From: an uncultured delta proteobacterium
GTDB lineage: Bacteria > Desulfobacterota > Binatia > UBA9968
Assembly: GCA_963816145.1 (NCBI GenBank)
Contig: CAWFJP010000024.1
Location: 1-64,000 of the forward strand
Direction: 5' to 3'
DNA: 64,000 nucleotides
A program made the position numbers and the translations under genes. The notes beneath the pieces were generated by a model. The model had not been told where the DNA came from. It worked only from the letters and a program-made list of their open reading frames with translations, and did no database searches. This document shows, piece after piece, positions 41,708-51,362 of the stretch (the stretch's first letter is position 1; each line of letters opens with the position of its first letter).

Positions 41708-43132
41708 TCAGCGCCAGCGCAAGGTCTGGCGCGCCCGCCGCACGACCGCGAAACGCGCATAGATCCCTTCATGGCCATCGCTCGGGCTGATGCTCACCAG
41801 ATCGTAGATCCCGCCGAAGCGGCTATCGCCGCCGGCAAGAGAGCGCAAGCGATTGCCGGCCATGACTTGGTAGCCGTCCAAATGGGTCCAATGCGGCCAT
41901 TTGCCGAAACCCCGCTCGCGGCCGAAGCGCGCATAGAGATCGTAGGGAATGCACACCAGGCGAAACTCCACCGGGTCCAGACCGAGCAGTTTTTCGACGA
42001 TCTCGGCCCCGGAGCGCATGAGCTTGGACTCGATCTCCGCATGGGCGCAGCCGTTGCGCTTGGCCAGGCCCAATGCAGCCAAAAGTTTCGATGGCTGGCC
42101 GGCGGTCGATTCGTTTTCGGCGAAGTCTTCCCACAGCACCGATTCGGCGGCTAGCGGCGGCAGATAGCGCGCTCCCCCTGAATTGACAAAGATCTGCTGA
42201 ATGAACTGTCCGGCGAGCACCCGACTTTCTTCGTTGTCGAGCTCAGCCGGAATTCCCAGTTCGGCCAATGCGCGCGACCGCAGCACCCCTTCGCGTTCCA
42301 TATCCGGGTTGGACGGGACCGGCTGGTCGACATGGGTGTAAATGGCTTCGCGGACCTTGGCCAGTTCGGCCAGCGGCGCTGTGCGCGCTTCAACCAGGCC
42401 TAGATCTCGAGCCCGCTCGATCACTTGGGGCGAAAACGGCGCGGCGAGATCGATGGGGCACTCGTAGCGGCTGAGCATCACCGGGGCGTTTCCCGAGGCT
42501 GCCGGGACGCCGCTTTCTTTCCAGTCCTGCAGCTCTTTCGCCAGCCGTTGCAGCGCGGCGGCATCGCCGCGTTCCGCGGCGTCCATGGCCGACTGCTCCA
42601 CTTGTGACCGGTCGCGCTTCGCACCCTTTTGCGAAACGACTTCGCTTTTCAGTTCCAGCGCGGCAAAATAGCTGCGCCGTTTTTCATAGAATGCACTGGA
42701 TGCGCTATCCAGTTTCGCCAGCGACGCCAAGGCGTTAGTCAACTGCGTGCGCAGGTCGGCTTGACCGGCCTGAGATCCCAAGTGTTTGCCGGGTGAGAAC
42801 GGATCAAAAACAACCGCATCCGCCTCGTAAACATCCTTCCCCATGACGGCCAGGTTGCGCGTCGTTGCCAGCCGTTGGCGCAGGCTTTCGATCCGCGCCG
42901 ACAGCTCGGCCGCTTGCGCCCACTCGCGGTGCAGCACCGCCGTGCGGCTGCGGCTCGTCAAATCGTCAATTTCCTTTTCGCTCGTGCCGATGGCCCGATA
43001 GTTAGCTTCATCGAAGGTCGAACTCAACAATTCGCGCGCCCGCCGCAGATGGATATCACGATAGACTGTGTCCCCGTTGGCGACCTCCACCAATAGTCCG
43101 ACGATTTTGATTGTATTTGCATCCTTTGCCAT
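41708..43132 (-). CDS. Hypothetical protein (474 aa)
   Basis: Strong RBS caggagg, protein-like composition; helical N-part; C-terminal RLVCIPYD…WTHLDGYQV…ARFAVVRR. Confidence 0.8.
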   Translation of the reverse strand: MAKDANTIKIVGLLVEVANGDTVYRDIHLRRARELLSSTFDEANYRAIGTSEKEIDDLTSRSRTAVLHREWAQAAELSARIESLRQRLATTRNLAVMGKDVYEADAVVFDPFSPGKHLGSQAGQADLRTQLTNALASLAKLDSASSAFYEKRRSYFAALELKSEVVSQKGAKRDRSQVEQSAMDAAERGDAAALQRLAKELQDWKESGVPAASGNAPVMLSRYECPIDLAAPFSPQVIERARDLGLVEARTAPLAELAKVREAIYTHVDQPVPSNPDMEREGVLRSRALAELGIPAELDNEESRVLAGQFIQQIFVNSGGARYLPPLAAESVLWEDFAENESTAGQPSKLLAALGLAKRNGCAHAEIESKLMRSGAEIVEKLLGLDPVEFRLVCIPYDLYARFGRERGFGKWPHWTHLDGYQVMAGNRLRSLAGGDSRFGGIYDLVSISPSDGHEGIYARFAVVRRARQTLRWR

Positions 43133-43172
43133 TACCGTTTCCTCCTGTTCATTTATCTGCTAAAATAATAGA

Positions 43173-43712
43173 TTAACCCCGGATGAGCACCCAAGGCACT
43201 GAAACCGCTGTGAAGACGACGAAGAAAATGATTCCGAAGATGGCGCCCAGACGCCAATAATCCGCCGAAGGCAGATAACCGCTGCCGTAATAGACAGGGC
43301 TCGGTCCGGTACCGTAGGGCGTAATGATACCCATAATCCCCAGCTGTAGACAGAGCAGCTGCGCCAGATGTCCCATGTTCATCTCCGGGATGGTGGAGCC
43401 GACGGCGAGCAACACCGGCAGCATTGCCGTCACATGCGCGGTAATGCTGGCAAACATGTAGTGAGAGAAAAAATTGATCACCATCAGCATCAATATGGCG
43501 CTCATGGGCGTAAAGCCGGTCATGTAATTGGCCACCGCCTCGGCAAACCATTTGATGAATCCTACTCTTGCCAGTCCGTCTGCAAGCGCGACCAGCGTCG
43601 CAAACCACGCGAGCGTGTTCCAAGCCGACGAGTTTTTGGTGATGTCATCCCAGGTCACCACCTTGGTCAGCAGCATCAATGAAATTACCAAAAGCGCGGC
43701 CGTCGTGGCGTT
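43173..43712 (-). pseudogene. C-terminal third of a DASS anion permease (CitT/TtdT-like)
   Basis: NATTAALLVISLM…WNTLAWFATLV…HYMFASITAH…ITPYGTGPSPVYYGSGY. Confidence 0.85.
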
Positions 43713-43732
43713 TTTGCGCCGCCCATGCTCGG

Positions 43733-44971
43733 TTAGCCAGCGGCATCTCCTCTATCGCCTGAAACTCTGAAGCGGTCGGAGTCCAGAGACGAGAGTCTAC
43801 TGGCATAGAAATCGATTCCCGGCAATGCGCTCAGACCGTGCGCAAATATGCTCAGCAGCACGGTCGCCATGACTGCCAAGCGGATCGTCGACTCACCCGG
43901 CAGGTCTGATTGCTGCTCCAAGTAAACCAACCCGAGCACGATGGAAGCCAGCCCCCTAGGACCGAACCAACCCATAAACAGCACAGTCGGCCGGGTTAGA
44001 CCGGTGCCAATGAGCGCCAGCGCCACCGGCACCATGCGCGCCACCGTCAAGCTGAGGACCGCGTACAGCACCAGGCTTGGCGTGAAATTGGCCCAGGCCC
44101 GCCCGACGAACAAGCCAAATAAAAAGAAAACAAAGAAATTCAGCAGCTGTCCCCAATCCTCGGCGAATTCAGTGGAACGCTTGCCCGCGGGTGCGAAGCC
44201 GACCTGGACGGCCAGCCCGGCAACATATGCGGTGATGAACATGCTTGCGCCGACCGCTTCGGACACCACCATGCAGAGCAACGGCAAACTAACCAGCCCG
44301 ATGGTCTGCCGTTCTGCCGCCATCCAGTTTCTTTGCTGCGCCAGACCGAGCAGCCAGCCGCCACCCAGGCCGATGCCGAGGCCGGCCAATGAACCGTAGC
44401 CGAGTTGCTCTTTCAAGAATTTCGTCAACACCGTGCCGGCGCCTTCGGTGGTCCCGATGGACAAGGCGATAAAGAGCATTAGAAACGGCACCGAGAGCCC
44501 ATCGTTGACGCCGGCTTCGAAATTGAGCGCCTGGCGAATCCGCAGCGGCACCCGCGAGCTCTTGACGATCACCTGGCCAAGGCCCGCGTCCGTCGGCGCC
44601 AGGATCGCCGCGAGGATTCCCGCCTCCCATACCGAGAGCCCCCCTATGATAACTAAGGCGAGAACCGCGCCGAGCAGGATGGTCAGCAACATGCCGGCAC
44701 TCAGGAGGCGGATCGGCAGATTGCGGTTGCCCTTGAGCACCCGAAGGTTGATATGGGCGGCGTCGGTGAAGAGCAGCATTACCAAGCCAAGCTCGGCTAT
44801 GTGGAGCATCTCGGTGCGCTCAAGCTCCAATGCGCTCAGTTGCGGCGGTAGCAGGCAGATCAAGAGCCCCGCCGCGGTGAAAAGGATCGGCGCCGTTATG
44901 ACGGTTCGCTCCAACCGGCGCGAGACCAGACTGTACAAAAGGACGAGGACAATGAAAATGACGCTGATCAT
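43733..44971 (-). CDS. Cation:proton antiporter (CPA1/NhaP-like)
   Basis: LAPTDAGLG; EAGVNDG; GWFGPRGLASIV; SIFAHGLSA. Confidence 0.9.
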   Translation of the reverse strand: MISVIFIVLVLLYSLVSRRLERTVITAPILFTAAGLLICLLPPQLSALELERTEMLHIAELGLVMLLFTDAAHINLRVLKGNRNLPIRLLSAGMLLTILLGAVLALVIIGGLSVWEAGILAAILAPTDAGLGQVIVKSSRVPLRIRQALNFEAGVNDGLSVPFLMLFIALSIGTTEGAGTVLTKFLKEQLGYGSLAGLGIGLGGGWLLGLAQQRNWMAAERQTIGLVSLPLLCMVVSEAVGASMFITAYVAGLAVQVGFAPAGKRSTEFAEDWGQLLNFFVFFLFGLFVGRAWANFTPSLVLYAVLSLTVARMVPVALALIGTGLTRPTVLFMGWFGPRGLASIVLGLVYLEQQSDLPGESTIRLAVMATVLLSIFAHGLSALPGIDFYASRLSSLDSDRFRVSGDRGDAAG

Positions 44972-45111
44972 ATTAGTTCGAATGTCTGAGCCGTCCGGCT
45001 AACGTGATGCGTCAACGCGCGGTTTCCATGGGGCCAATCCGCAGGCGGGAAATCGCGCCGTATTTCAACCCCAAAGCGACCATTTTCCGCCGAAGAATCG
45101 CAATCTGCGTC

Positions 45112-45213
45112 ACCGAGAAAAAGCCCGCTCGCGCTCTGGACGAAATCCAGCCTGGCGGGCCAATGGCTTTTGCGCGTTTTCCGATCCAAGCCGGACCCGG
45201 CGATGACAGCCAT
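45112..45213 (-). pseudogene. N-terminal relic of a fumarate reductase cytochrome b subunit (FrdC-like)
   Basis: RKSHWPARLDFVQSASGLFLG resembles the KSR.PA.LD..QSATGLFL motif of diheme FrdC; breaks before the first heme His. Confidence 0.55.
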
Positions 45214-45280
45214 TGATTTGCTCGTGCACGGCTCCGTGCTTGCCGACCCAAAGTCACTCGCGTTGTGGGAACGCATCTAA

Positions 45281-46960
45281 TCAGGACGTGCCGCCCGCTT
45301 TCGCCTGCAGTGCCTGGTAGCGTTCGATCGCCGCGCGGGCGTTGAACAGCATGCGCTCGCGGCCGAGTCGCTCATACAGCCCGGCGTTGCGCACGACCTC
45401 GAGCGCGCCGGGATTGAGCCCCACCAGCCAGAAAACCGCGCCGTGTTCGGTCGCGCGTTTCTCGCCCTGCATCAGCGCCTGCAGTGCCGAGTATTCGATA
45501 TCGGGGACCCGGCTCATGTCCAGCGCCAGCACGCGCGGCTTGTGCTGCCTGACCAGCGTGGCGATCTGCTCCACCACATACTGCGCGTTGACGAAGAACA
45601 GGCGTCCCTCGGGCCGCACGATCAGCAACCCCTCGAAGGTCTCGTCGTCCGGATGCTCGGGCGACAGCGGTCGCAGCACGTCGGCGCCGCGCTTGCGGCC
45701 GATGATGGATATCCGCGGGTTTGCCGTCTGGCTCCCCAGTCCGATCAGCGACACGATGATCGCCACCACGATGCCCTTGAGCGTGCCGAATATCAGCACG
45801 CCGAGGGCGGCGATGATCGCCCAGCGAAACTCCATCCTGCGCACATTGCGAATGGCCAGGAATTCCACCGGTTGGATCAGTCCGACGGAGTAGACGATGA
45901 CGACCGCCGCCAGCGTGGCATTGGGCAGCAAGCCGAGCAACGGCGCGAGCAGCAGCATGGTCGCCGCCGCGGTGCCCGCCGTGACCAGCGACGCCTTCTG
46001 CGACCGACCACCGGCGGCGCGGACAACTGCGGTCTGTGAGGTGCCGCCGCCGGCCGGCATCGCGCCGAGCAACGCGCCGCCGAGATTGGCCGCCCCGGTT
46101 GCGACCAGCTCGCGATTCGCATCTATGGCTGGATCGCCGGCGCCGGCGAAGGCGCGACCCGCCGCAATCGTTTCGGTGAAGCTCATCAGCGCGATGCCGA
46201 GCGCGCCGGGCACCAACTGCTCGATCAGTTCAAGATCAGGCAGCGTCAGCGACGGGAAGCCCTGTGGGATCAGGCCGACCGTCGACACCCCCAGGGCCTG
46301 CAAACCGAAAAACCACGCCGCGGCGATGCCGCCGCCGACGGCGACCAGCGGGGCCGGGGAATGCGGCAAGAGTCGCTCCATGCCGATCAGCACGAGCAGC
46401 GTCGCGGTGGCGACCGCAAGCGTCAATAGCGAGGTCTCGGGGATGTGATGCGCGACGCTCAGGATATCGCGGAAGAAGCCTTGCTTGGCGATGTGGACTC
46501 CCAGGAGCTTCGGCACCTGGTCGAGCACGATCACCAGGCCGATCCCCGCTTTGAAGCCCGTCAGCACCGGCGCGGAAATGAAGTTGGCGACAAACCCCAG
46601 ACGCATCAGCCGGGCCAAGAGCAGCATTGCACCGACCAGCACCGTCAGCGTGGCCGTCGCCGTGACCAGCTTCGCCGGGTCGCCGTCCGGCACGGCCAGT
46701 CCGAGCTGCGTGCCGGCGAGGATCGCCAGCGTGGTGGTGGAGCTGACGCTCAGCACCCGCGACGAGCCGAGCAGCGCGTAGATCACCATCGGGACAAACG
46801 CGGTATACAGGCCCACCGCAACCGGCAAGCCGGCAACCGTCGCGTAGGCCATCGCCTTCGGAAGAACAACCGCCGCTGCCGTCAGGCCGGCGATCACGTC
46901 GAAGCGCAGTGCGGTGGTGCCGGACTGGCTTGCCTTTGTCTCTGTCGGATGCTGATTCAT
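45281..46960 (-). CDS. SulP-family anion transporter with STAS domain
   Basis: DVIAGLTAAAVVLPKAMAYATVAG; NRELVATG; STAS EGRLFFVNA. Confidence 0.93.
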   Translation of the reverse strand: MNQHPTETKASQSGTTALRFDVIAGLTAAAVVLPKAMAYATVAGLPVAVGLYTAFVPMVIYALLGSSRVLSVSSTTTLAILAGTQLGLAVPDGDPAKLVTATATLTVLVGAMLLLARLMRLGFVANFISAPVLTGFKAGIGLVIVLDQVPKLLGVHIAKQGFFRDILSVAHHIPETSLLTLAVATATLLVLIGMERLLPHSPAPLVAVGGGIAAAWFFGLQALGVSTVGLIPQGFPSLTLPDLELIEQLVPGALGIALMSFTETIAAGRAFAGAGDPAIDANRELVATGAANLGGALLGAMPAGGGTSQTAVVRAAGGRSQKASLVTAGTAAATMLLLAPLLGLLPNATLAAVVIVYSVGLIQPVEFLAIRNVRRMEFRWAIIAALGVLIFGTLKGIVVAIIVSLIGLGSQTANPRISIIGRKRGADVLRPLSPEHPDDETFEGLLIVRPEGRLFFVNAQYVVEQIATLVRQHKPRVLALDMSRVPDIEYSALQALMQGEKRATEHGAVFWLVGLNPGALEVVRNAGLYERLGRERMLFNARAAIERYQALQAKAGGTS

Positions 46961-47073
46961 GGTCCCTATATCTCAGTTGCCGCGCGAATTCATGAGGGGT
47001 CTGTTAAATTCCTACGAAAGATTCACGAAAACGACCTAAGCAACATTCCTCGCGCAAAAGAACTAACGAAATA

Positions 47074-47238
47074 AAATCCGAAATTCGAAGCACGAAATCC
47101 GAAACAAACCTAAATAAATGCCAAAGGTGGAAAATTCAAAACACCGACTCCGCTCCGTCCCGTTTGGAACATTCTTTTTATTTTGTCATGCATCGTTTTG
47201 ATATTGTTTCGAATTTCGAGATTCGGATTTCGTGCTTT
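47074..47238. repeat. Heptamer-armed long inverted repeat (AATCCGA family), copy 3
   Basis: aaatccgaaattcgaagcacgaaatccgaaacaaa … ttgtttcgaatttcgagattcggatttcgtgcttt. Confidence 0.8.
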
Positions 47239-47260
47239 TGATTATTGAATTTGTTTCGGT

Positions 47261-48515
47261 TCATGCGAAATAACTCCCTGCGGCTGCCGCAACCAGCAAG
47301 ACCAACGTGACCAGTACGATCGTGCGCCGCAACGCAGGCGCGCCCATAAACGCCGCCATTCCGGTCTTCACCAGGGTATTCGAAAGCACGGCAATGACGA
47401 TTGTGTAAGCCGCGATCTTGACACTTTGCGGATTGCTGGTCGCGAGATTCGCCATCGAGAGGGAAATCGCATCGACGTCGGTGAGACCGGCGATGGCTCC
47501 CGCCAGGTAGAGTCCCTTTGCGCCGAGATAAGTCTCCGCGGCTTTGGCTATGACGGTCACAATGCCGAACAGCAAGCCAAACTTGATCGCTTCGCTGAGT
47601 TCGAACGGGTTCGCTCCCGCGGTCACCACTGCCGGTCACACGCCCTCTGCTGCGCCGCCACAGGACCAGCGAAACCAGCAGTCCAGCCGCCGCCATGCAG
47701 CCAAGCGCCAAAGCCAAATCCCTGGCAAGAAACCTGTTGACCAGGCCGACCACGACGACGACCCGAACGAACATGATCGTCCACGCGACGACGATCGCCA
47801 GCACGAACGCGCTGGCCATTTCCGGCTCGCGCCGGCTGCGCTGGGAGAAGCTCAGCGTCACGGCCGTGCTCGACACCAGACCGCCAAGGATACCGGTGAC
47901 GACAAATCCATGTTCGCCGCCAAGCACCTTGACCAGCACATAGCCGAGGAAATTCAGCCCGGCGATGAGCACGACCATTAACCAAATTTTGTATGGATTA
48001 ATAACGTCCAGCGGTGGCGGGCCGAAGGTCTCATTGGGCAGGAGCGGTAGAATGATCACGCTGATGACGGCAAACTGCAGGGTCGCCTCAACATCGGCGA
48101 GTTCGACGCGCCGGGCCAGACCGTGCAAAAAGTCCTTGAGCGTAAGCAACAGCAGGCTAACCACCGTTGCGACGCTGGCCACCGCAACTTTGTCCCAGCC
48201 ACACAACGCGCCGACCATGAAGGCGAGCAGGGCGCTGATTTCAGAGGTGATTCCCAGCTCGCCGCGCGCCGCCGTCGTCGCGTAGGACATGATCACCAGC
48301 GCGCTTACGGCGATGAACGCGGCAACCAGAAGCCAGTTTTGGTCCAACTCGCGCTCCATGAAGGCACCGAGCGCGCCCAATAGAGCGATCAGGGCGAAGG
48401 TTCGCACGCCGCCGAACATAAGCTCGGCATCGCGTTTTCGCTCCCGCTCTAAACCCAGCAGCAGGCCGAGACCGAGCGCCGCGCCTAATCGAATCGCCAA
48501 CTCCAGATCAAACAT
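47261..48515 (-). CDS. MgtC/SapB + DUF4010 membrane protein, frameshifted at about 47635
   Basis: GLERE…GGVRTFALI; GGLVSSTAVT; C-part NPFELSEAIKFG…GLTDVDAI. Confidence 0.88.
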
Positions 48516-48575
48516 CTCGTTTGTCGCGCTTCAATGATTCTCTTTCGGCCGCGCAATCCATCATAGACAACATTT

Positions 48576-48740
48576 CTCCCGCCAAGCCTGTCCTGAGTTA
48601 AATCGAAGGGGCGCCAAGAGCGCAAAGTAATCCACGTTGTCATTTCGACTGAAGGGAGAAATCTTTCTCAGATCCCTCGCTTTCACTCGGGATGACGGGC
48701 CGAGACCCGTCACTTCGCGTCTTTGCGCCTTTGCGGGAGG
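48576..48740. repeat. Nested REP-like elements
   Basis: cccgccaag[cctgtcctgagttaaatcgaagg]gcgccaagagcgcaaag…[gtcatttcgactgaagggagaaatct…agatccctcgctttcactcgggatgac]…ctttgcgcctttgcggga. Confidence 0.7.
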
Positions 48741-48797
48741 TATTCTTTTGCCGATTCAGTAAAGTTCAGGGCAAACGCAAATTTCAAACATGCTGGA

Positions 48798-49709
48798 TCA
48801 CTTGCCGGCATTCAACGCCCGTTTCGCCGCCGCCAGTTCTTTCAACTTTGCCTCGCTGACTTTCGGATATTTCAGATCGAGCTCGGCCAGCGCATCGATG
48901 ACGGCGGCCGCGACCACCACGCGGGTAAACCACTTGTTGTCGGCGGGCACGACGTACCACGGCGCGTCTTTCGTCGCGGTGTTACGAATCATATCTTCGT
49001 AGGCGTCCATATAATCGTCCCAGTATTGGCGCTCCTTGGCGTCGTTAGCCGAGAACTTCCAGTTCTTCTCGGGCTCTTCGATGCGCTCGAGAAAACGCTT
49101 CTTCTGCTCTTTGTTGGAGACATGCAGAAAGAACTTGAGGATGGCGACACCGTTGCGCGTCAGGTAGCGCTCGAAGCTGCGGATGTCCTGAAAGCGGTCT
49201 TTCCAGACATCCTTGGTGATCAGGTCGGGCGGGATTTTTTGATGTTCTAAAAACTCCCGGTGCACCCGCACCACCAGGGTTTCCTCGTAATAGCTGCGAT
49301 TGAAAATGCCGATGCGGCCGCGCTCGGGCATACACTTGATACAGCGCCAGAGGTAATCATGGTCGAGGTCTTCGCTGGTCGGCGCCTTGAAAGAAAAAAC
49401 CTGGCAGCCCTGCGGGTTGACCCCGGACATGACATGCTTGATCGCGCCGTCTTTGCCGGCGGCGTCCATCGCTTGGAAGATCAGCAGCACGGCCCAGTTG
49501 TCCTGGGCATAAAGCATGTCCTGAAGCTCGGCCAACACCTCGGTGCCCATGGCGAGCGCTTCCTTGGCGCGCGGCTTGTCCTCGGATGTCAAATCGAGGG
49601 TATCGCCGGGGTCGATGTCCTTCAGGCGGAATTTGCCATCGGTCACGCGGAAAGGCTTGGCGAGCTTGCGCGCGTTCTTGATTAATTTCTTCATATCTTT
49701 GTTGTTCAC
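48798..49709 (-). CDS. ppk2: Polyphosphate kinase 2 family (class III-like)
   Basis: FQAMDAAGKDG Walker A; FNRSYYEE; WYVVPADNKW. Confidence 0.93.
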   Translation of the reverse strand: MNNKDMKKLIKNARKLAKPFRVTDGKFRLKDIDPGDTLDLTSEDKPRAKEALAMGTEVLAELQDMLYAQDNWAVLLIFQAMDAAGKDGAIKHVMSGVNPQGCQVFSFKAPTSEDLDHDYLWRCIKCMPERGRIGIFNRSYYEETLVVRVHREFLEHQKIPPDLITKDVWKDRFQDIRSFERYLTRNGVAILKFFLHVSNKEQKKRFLERIEEPEKNWKFSANDAKERQYWDDYMDAYEDMIRNTATKDAPWYVVPADNKWFTRVVVAAAVIDALAELDLKYPKVSEAKLKELAAAKRALNAGK

Positions 49710-49732
49710 AGAGTTGCCTCCTGGTTAATCAG

Positions 49733-50656
49733 TCAGTCTTTTTCGTTTGCCGTTTCGGTGATGGTCGGCAGCCGCAGGGTCTCGTCGGATTCGCTGCCAA
49801 TCTTAATCTGTTGATTCTCTGGCGACTCCATCGCCAGGCGAAATACGTTCTCGATCTCGTTGGCTTGGCGGCTGCGTTCCTTCTCCACTTCCGCCAAGAG
49901 TAACCGCACCGCTTGCATCTCGTTCAGTAAAACCTCCGGACGCGCCAGCGCTTCGGCAACCGCTCGGTGGAACACTTGGCGGTCGTGCCAGACGCCGAGA
50001 GCTTCTTGCAAAGCAGCCAACCATTTGAGCTGCGGCTTAAAGTGTTTGGCACCGACATCGTAAAGCAGCTCCGTCCGGTACCGTAAAACTTTGGTGGCGA
50101 TGCGCAGCCGGTGCAGGTCGTCGGCCGCGCGAGTGCTCCGTGCCTGGGTCAAGCTCGACTGCCAGGCGATCTGCGCTTCTTGCACGCTAGCACCGAGCCG
50201 CTGCATCAGAATCTCCGGGCTTTCATCGCTGGCCTGTCGCACCACCCTTTGGGCTCGGGCCGCGTACTCTCCAAGGTCTTCGCGCACCACTCTCTTCGAC
50301 GCGCGGGCAACCTCTTTCGTGCGTTTCTGTAATAAGTAGTCGCGGATACCGGTCCAGGCTTGCCGCTTGGCCACGCTGCGCGTGCGGCGCTGCTCCTGCG
50401 CGACGATCTCGAGCAGGACATCGAAATTGCGCCATTTACCGAGCGCGCGCCGAATCCGTCGAGGTGTTCGCCGCAAGCGCCGCACCTTGGCCGGACGTGG
50501 CTTGGCAAAGAAGGCATCGAGCGCCTGTTGGAAACGCCGGCTCCAAACGCGCGCGTCATGGATGGTTTTTGCTTCGGCGTTGGCGCGAATTTCCGGCGCC
50601 AGCGCGACGAACTTCTTCAGCCGGCTCCGCAGTAAGCGTGACAGCGCGCTTTGCAT
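49733..50656 (-). CDS. CHAD-domain (polyphosphate-binding) protein
   Basis: IHDARVWSRR; LHRLRIATKVLRY; LQEALGVWHD. Confidence 0.88.
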   Translation of the reverse strand: MQSALSRLLRSRLKKFVALAPEIRANAEAKTIHDARVWSRRFQQALDAFFAKPRPAKVRRLRRTPRRIRRALGKWRNFDVLLEIVAQEQRRTRSVAKRQAWTGIRDYLLQKRTKEVARASKRVVREDLGEYAARAQRVVRQASDESPEILMQRLGASVQEAQIAWQSSLTQARSTRAADDLHRLRIATKVLRYRTELLYDVGAKHFKPQLKWLAALQEALGVWHDRQVFHRAVAEALARPEVLLNEMQAVRLLLAEVEKERSRQANEIENVFRLAMESPENQQIKIGSESDETLRLPTITETANEKD

Positions 50657-50797
50657 GGCCGCGGCCTCAGGTGGTTGGCGTCGCCGCCGCGCCGCCGCGG
50701 GTTGCGCCTCGCCAGACCGGGGCTTCAGGCGGTGGTTGATTATCTCCTTCCACGATCTTTTCTTTCACCCAGCGAGGCGTCCAATGGGCCAGGCTGT

Positions 50798-51301
50798 TCA
50801 ACGCGCCAGCAACCGTAGATGCTTCGGCGCCAGCGCCCACTGCAGCACCGCGCTCTTGCGCGGCGCAACGGCGTCCACTTCGAGGCAGCAGAGCCCGCCC
50901 TTTTTCAGCTGAATTTGCGCCCCTGCCTTTTCTGACAATAAAAAAGAAACCGTGCTGCTGAGCAGCGGCTCATGACCCACCAATAGGATTTGTTCCTTGC
51001 CCGCGTATGCGGCCAAGCCGGACAAGAGGTCGCGGACCGATCGGTCGGGGCCGAGCTGCTCGAACTCCTCCAAGCGGTCCTCCAGCTGCAGCGCCTGGGC
51101 GACGATTTTTGCCGTCTGGCGCGCGCGCTCCAACGGACTGGTGAGAATTCGGTCAAAAGACAGTGAGAGGGTTATGAGCCCTCGCGCTTCTTTGTGAATT
51201 CTTTTGATCCCCTTTGGGGTCAGCGTTCGTTGCCAATCATCCGAGCTTTTGCCGGTGGCGCGGTCCGCCGCAATGCCGTGACGCATAAAGTACAGATTCA
51301 T
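50798..51301 (-). CDS. sixA: Phosphohistidine phosphatase SixA
   Basis: LYFMRHGIA; RTLTPKG; TSPLERARQTA; LLVGHEP. Confidence 0.9.
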   Translation of the reverse strand: MNLYFMRHGIAADRATGKSSDDWQRTLTPKGIKRIHKEARGLITLSLSFDRILTSPLERARQTAKIVAQALQLEDRLEEFEQLGPDRSVRDLLSGLAAYAGKEQILLVGHEPLLSSTVSFLLSEKAGAQIQLKKGGLCCLEVDAVAPRKSAVLQWALAPKHLRLLAR

Positions 51302-51362
51302 AAGCCGATCTCAGCTTATTTGCCACTCCATCGAATCATTTCCATTGTCGCTGCATCGGAGC

